A stretch of 64,000 bases of DNA from Puccinia triticina (Eukaryota). Below the pieces are notes generated by a model. It worked only from the letters and a program-made list of their open reading frames with translations, did not search any database and was not told where the DNA came from. The stretch spans positions 5,580,001-5,644,000 of the forward strand of contig CP110439.1 in assembly GCA_026914245.1 (NCBI GenBank), written 5' to 3'. Positions 60,601 through 64,000 of the stretch are shown here, one piece after another (positions within the stretch are counted from its first letter, which is position 1; the number at the start of each line of letters is the position of its first letter). The position numbers were made by a program, and so were the translations under genes.

Positions 60601-63600
60601 CTCGGCGCCATTGCTGGCAAAGGCGTCCTGGTCCGTCTCTTCTCTCTCTCACACTCTGCTTGATACTCTCTCTTGTGGGCTCATTTGCTGGGATACGAGA
60701 TGCAGGAAAACACGAACGCCTGGATCAGCATCTCCGGCCTCCTCACCTCCATCGCCTCCCTCCACGACCCCTCGCATCCCAAACCCCGCCCGCCCCGCTC
60801 GACCACTTCATCCCCCCGGACCTGCTCCACGACCGGTTCTATGCGCTGCCCGACCGGGCCCGGAACGTGGACCGGTACATCCAGGTGCGTCGTCTCCCTC
60901 CCCCTCCGCCCTACCCCCGAGACTGATGAGTGTGACGGATGTGTGGGGAGATCACAGGAGATGGTGGACCTGCTCGTCGCCGACGACCTGCGGATGCGCG
61001 AGGGCGTCAAAGACGCCCTGGGCACCGAGCTCCACACCGCCCTGTTCCCCATCCTGCTCAAACACCTCAAGTCCATCGTCGCCCACTTCTTCGAGCACGA
61101 GCGCGCCAAGCCGCAGAGCCCGTTCAGCCACTTCATCGAGCAGGCCATCTCGATGCTGCGCCTCTTCTTCGAGCGCATTGTCGAGCCCCTCGCCGAACCC
61201 GTCGCCGAGCGCGTCGCCGCCCTGCTCATCGACTTCACCAGATACACCAACAGGCTCGGCTGCCTCGGCTCCGACTTCGGCCCCATTGCTACCCGCATCA
61301 AGTACAAGATGGCCCAGCTCGCTGAGGTCATCGTCGCCTGTAATAAGGAGAGGGCGGCGCCGCTGGTGACGAGCACTGTGCTCAAGAACCAGATGATTGA
61401 CTACTTCCTTGCCTGGGCCACCAGCGTCAACATGGTATAACCCGCCCCTCTGCCCATCACCCGTACTTGCTCTGACGCTTGTTTTTGGATCTCAGGTGTT
61501 GTGTATCTCGGCCGAGGAAGCTAGTCGACAGCGCGCGAATAGGGACCTCAGCATCGCGTGTCTCAAGGCCCTGGCCGCGTTCTACGACCGGCTCAAGCTC
61601 GTGCCCAGACACGCGCTCCTCCGCGGCAACCACACTGCTAACAACGAGGTCGTCCATGTTCGCCTGTTCAGTCGCCATTACGATTATCTCTCGTTCTTGC
61701 TCACTGAGGTCACTAAGTTAGAAGTACGTGTATTCTATCCTTACTTGGGCGAGAGCGGGTGTATTGATGCGGAAAGCTTCTGCGGGATCTGTTGTGTAGG
61801 TTGTTGCGGTCCGGAGTTGCAAAGGGAAGATGGCGGCGGGCGGCGGAACGAAGGTGCGTGACTTCCCACTCAAGAGGGCGGCTGGGGGCAGAGAACTGAT
61901 GATGTATGAGGGGAGCAGGGCGGGGGCGGGGGGACGCTGGAGCACGCGGCGGCCTTGCAACGGGAGCTGGCCTCGATCACGCGGGAGATCGTCGAGCTGG
62001 CCGGCTTCCGCGGGCAGACCATCAACTGTCTTGTCAAGCTCATGGCTGCGAACATCGACCCCGCCTTCCGCTACTTCGTCAACATGTTCCACCACCCTGA
62101 CAATCGCATCAAACAGGCAAATATCCACATCCTGTGGGAGGTCGTGAAGGAGGGCCTGCCCGAGCTCGTCAAGCCTGTGCGGGCGACTGGCTTGGACAAA
62201 ATCGTCGATGTAGGGCTTTTTCTTGGCGCCGCAAGACTCGCTGTTGATGCTGTTTTTTCTTGGGTGGCTAGATAATCACTCGGCCCGACCTCACGCTCGC
62301 CTGCGGGTCCGCCGACTTTGAGGAAATGACGGAGGTGATCCTCAATATCTTTGACTATCACAAAGGCGTCATCAAGTTCCTGAAGGCCTCGATCGAGCGG
62401 GAAGTCGCGGCGACAGGCGAGTCGTCCTGCATCCCCCACTCTCGTTACGTACACATATGGCTGACGAAACAATGATGCTGGGTGTTTAGACCACGAGTCA
62501 ACGGTGTTCCGGGGGAACTTGTTCACCACGCGGCTGCTCACCATCTTCGCCCGGGCCCAGGGCTACAACTATCTGCGGGCCACGCTCTCGAACCTGCTGG
62601 TCGGCCTTGTTAACAAGCCCTCGGAGTTCTTGGTCAACTTCGACCCGCATCGGGCGAGTGCGGAGGAGGACGAGGCGGCGCGCAACCTGGAGCAGGTCAC
62701 GGAGGCGTTCCTCAACGTGATTGCAGTGTCCTGGAAGAAGCTCCCGGGCGCGATCCGCGAGATCTGCCACCACTTTGCAACCACCGTCCAGGAGAAATAC
62801 CCCGAAAGCGTGTTCACCTCCATCGGCGGCTTCATCTTCCTCCGCTTCATCAACCCCGCCATCGTCTCCCCCGAGGTCATTGACCTCGATCTCCCGAACA
62901 ACACCCGCGAGATTCGCAGGAGCCTTGTCATGATCACCAAGGTCCTCCAGGCCCTCTCCAACAATATCCGCTTCTCCGCGCGCGAACCCGCTATGAAGCC
63001 CCTTAACCCCTTCATGGCGAAAAAAGTCTACCCCATGACCCGCTTCTTGAAGGACATCTCCGTACGCTTTCCTCCTCTTCTCCTTTTCCACCTCCTGACA
63101 CGGGAATGAAAATAACGGGATACACTTTTGGGGGGTAGTCGATAGACGAGCCGGGGATGTTAGCGGAGGAGGGGTGTGATCTGCAAGAGGAGCTAGCAGC
63201 GGTCCCATTAGACGCCTCGGACCGCCACGTCCTGCACCGCTTCCTCTACGAGCACCAGGAGAAGCTCGGCGCGGAGCTGAAGAGTGTCCAGCCGATGGAG
63301 TTCAAGCATTGGCACGACGGCACCAAGCGCCTGAGCCCGACGCTGGGCCACGAGCTGTGGGCCGAGGTCCTCCCTTCATCTCCCTGCCCACCGCCTCGGC
63401 CTCCGAGGTCGCCGTCAAGTCCTGGCTCCAGAAACTCAGCAACTGTCTCGTCTGTCCCCGTGAGGAGTACGAACATGCCCGCAACCGCGTCAAAAACATC
63501 TTGCGCAGACTCATCGAACTCACCCTGTGTCAACAAGAAGTGCGTCTCTGGCGCTGGCTTCTTTTGCCCCCAACTGACTTTTTCGTGTGTGGGTTTAGCT

Positions 63601-64000
63601 CCAAGGCCTGTTGCATGGCCGCATATGGCCCTCCGTGGCCCGCCAGGAATCCCTCCTGCCGCTGATCATGGAGGAGCTCGCGATGTCCGCAATCACCCAT
63701 GGGTCCAACTCGGCCCGGTTCACCGAGGTCTGTGAGATTGCGGTGTCTGGAAACTGCATCAACTTGCAAGGCAAGCTGCTGCGGAGGGTGCGTAATCGTG
63801 CTTCTTCAAATAGGTTGAGGGGCTGATTGTTGATGGTGTGGTGCTGGCGATCGGCCGGACGACCGCGCAGCCAGTGGCGATGATATCGGACAGTCCGGAA
63901 TGGCCGGAGATAACGGCGCTCGTCCCCATGGAGATGAGCATCTCGTTTTCGGCGCACATCCAGGCCCAGCTGTATCTCCCGGACATCCTGCACATCGTGA
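57605..64000 (+). pseudogene. Ira1/Ira2-neurofibromin RasGAP, multiply frameshifted and running off the window end
   Basis: FFVSASNW, IWNWIE, LRMREGVKDALGTEL and MAANID; RasGAP core STVFRGN...GGFIFLRFINPAIVSPE...ITKVLQALSN; QLYLPDILHIV. Frameshifts at ~57700, ~58060-58104, ~58820, ~60250, ~60790 and ~63370. Confidence 0.85.

Noticed and set aside
58120..60663. 847-aa + strand ORF and 559-aa minus ORF 58655-60334
   Set aside because: Alternative-frame and antisense shadows of the GC-rich Ira sequence; low-complexity Pro/Arg/Ser translation.

Overview
Eukaryotic, intron-rich fungal DNA, most consistent with a rust fungus (Pucciniales, Puccinia-like). This is an inference from gene content, short GT-AG introns and repeat types; it is not bacterial and no CRISPR array is present. 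GC-rich blocks carry conserved genes: a 4-domain-type fasciclin membrane protein, an Mph1/FANCM helicase, an alpha/beta hydrolase, an MFS transporter, a Myb/SANT-like gene, an F-box protein and a heavily disrupted Ira/neurofibromin RasGAP. A more AT-rich, repeat-dense block (~26.5-57 kb) holds lineage-specific secreted-protein (effector-like) genes and pseudogenes, a long-chain acyl-CoA synthetase, Sho1 and many nested MITEs. Other mobile DNA includes a catalytically dead Tc1-type DD34E transposase, a Helitron remnant with an intact 3' terminus, a probable solo LTR and a tRNA-like relic. The most notable structure is a PIF/Harbinger (Tourist-like) element at 50358-51697 (TAA target duplication) that has captured ~860 bp of the 3' end of the adjacent secreted-protein gene in antisense orientation, creating a long inverted repeat that could form hairpin RNA against that gene. 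Other highlights are a signal-peptide plus RING-H2 protein, an F-box protein with RPEL-like repeats, a MITE family whose ANT target duplication can be read from an in-window empty site, and TpCpG-type mutations at catalytic residues. Exon boundaries were derived by eye from GT-AG sites and reading-frame continuity, and no database searches were run.
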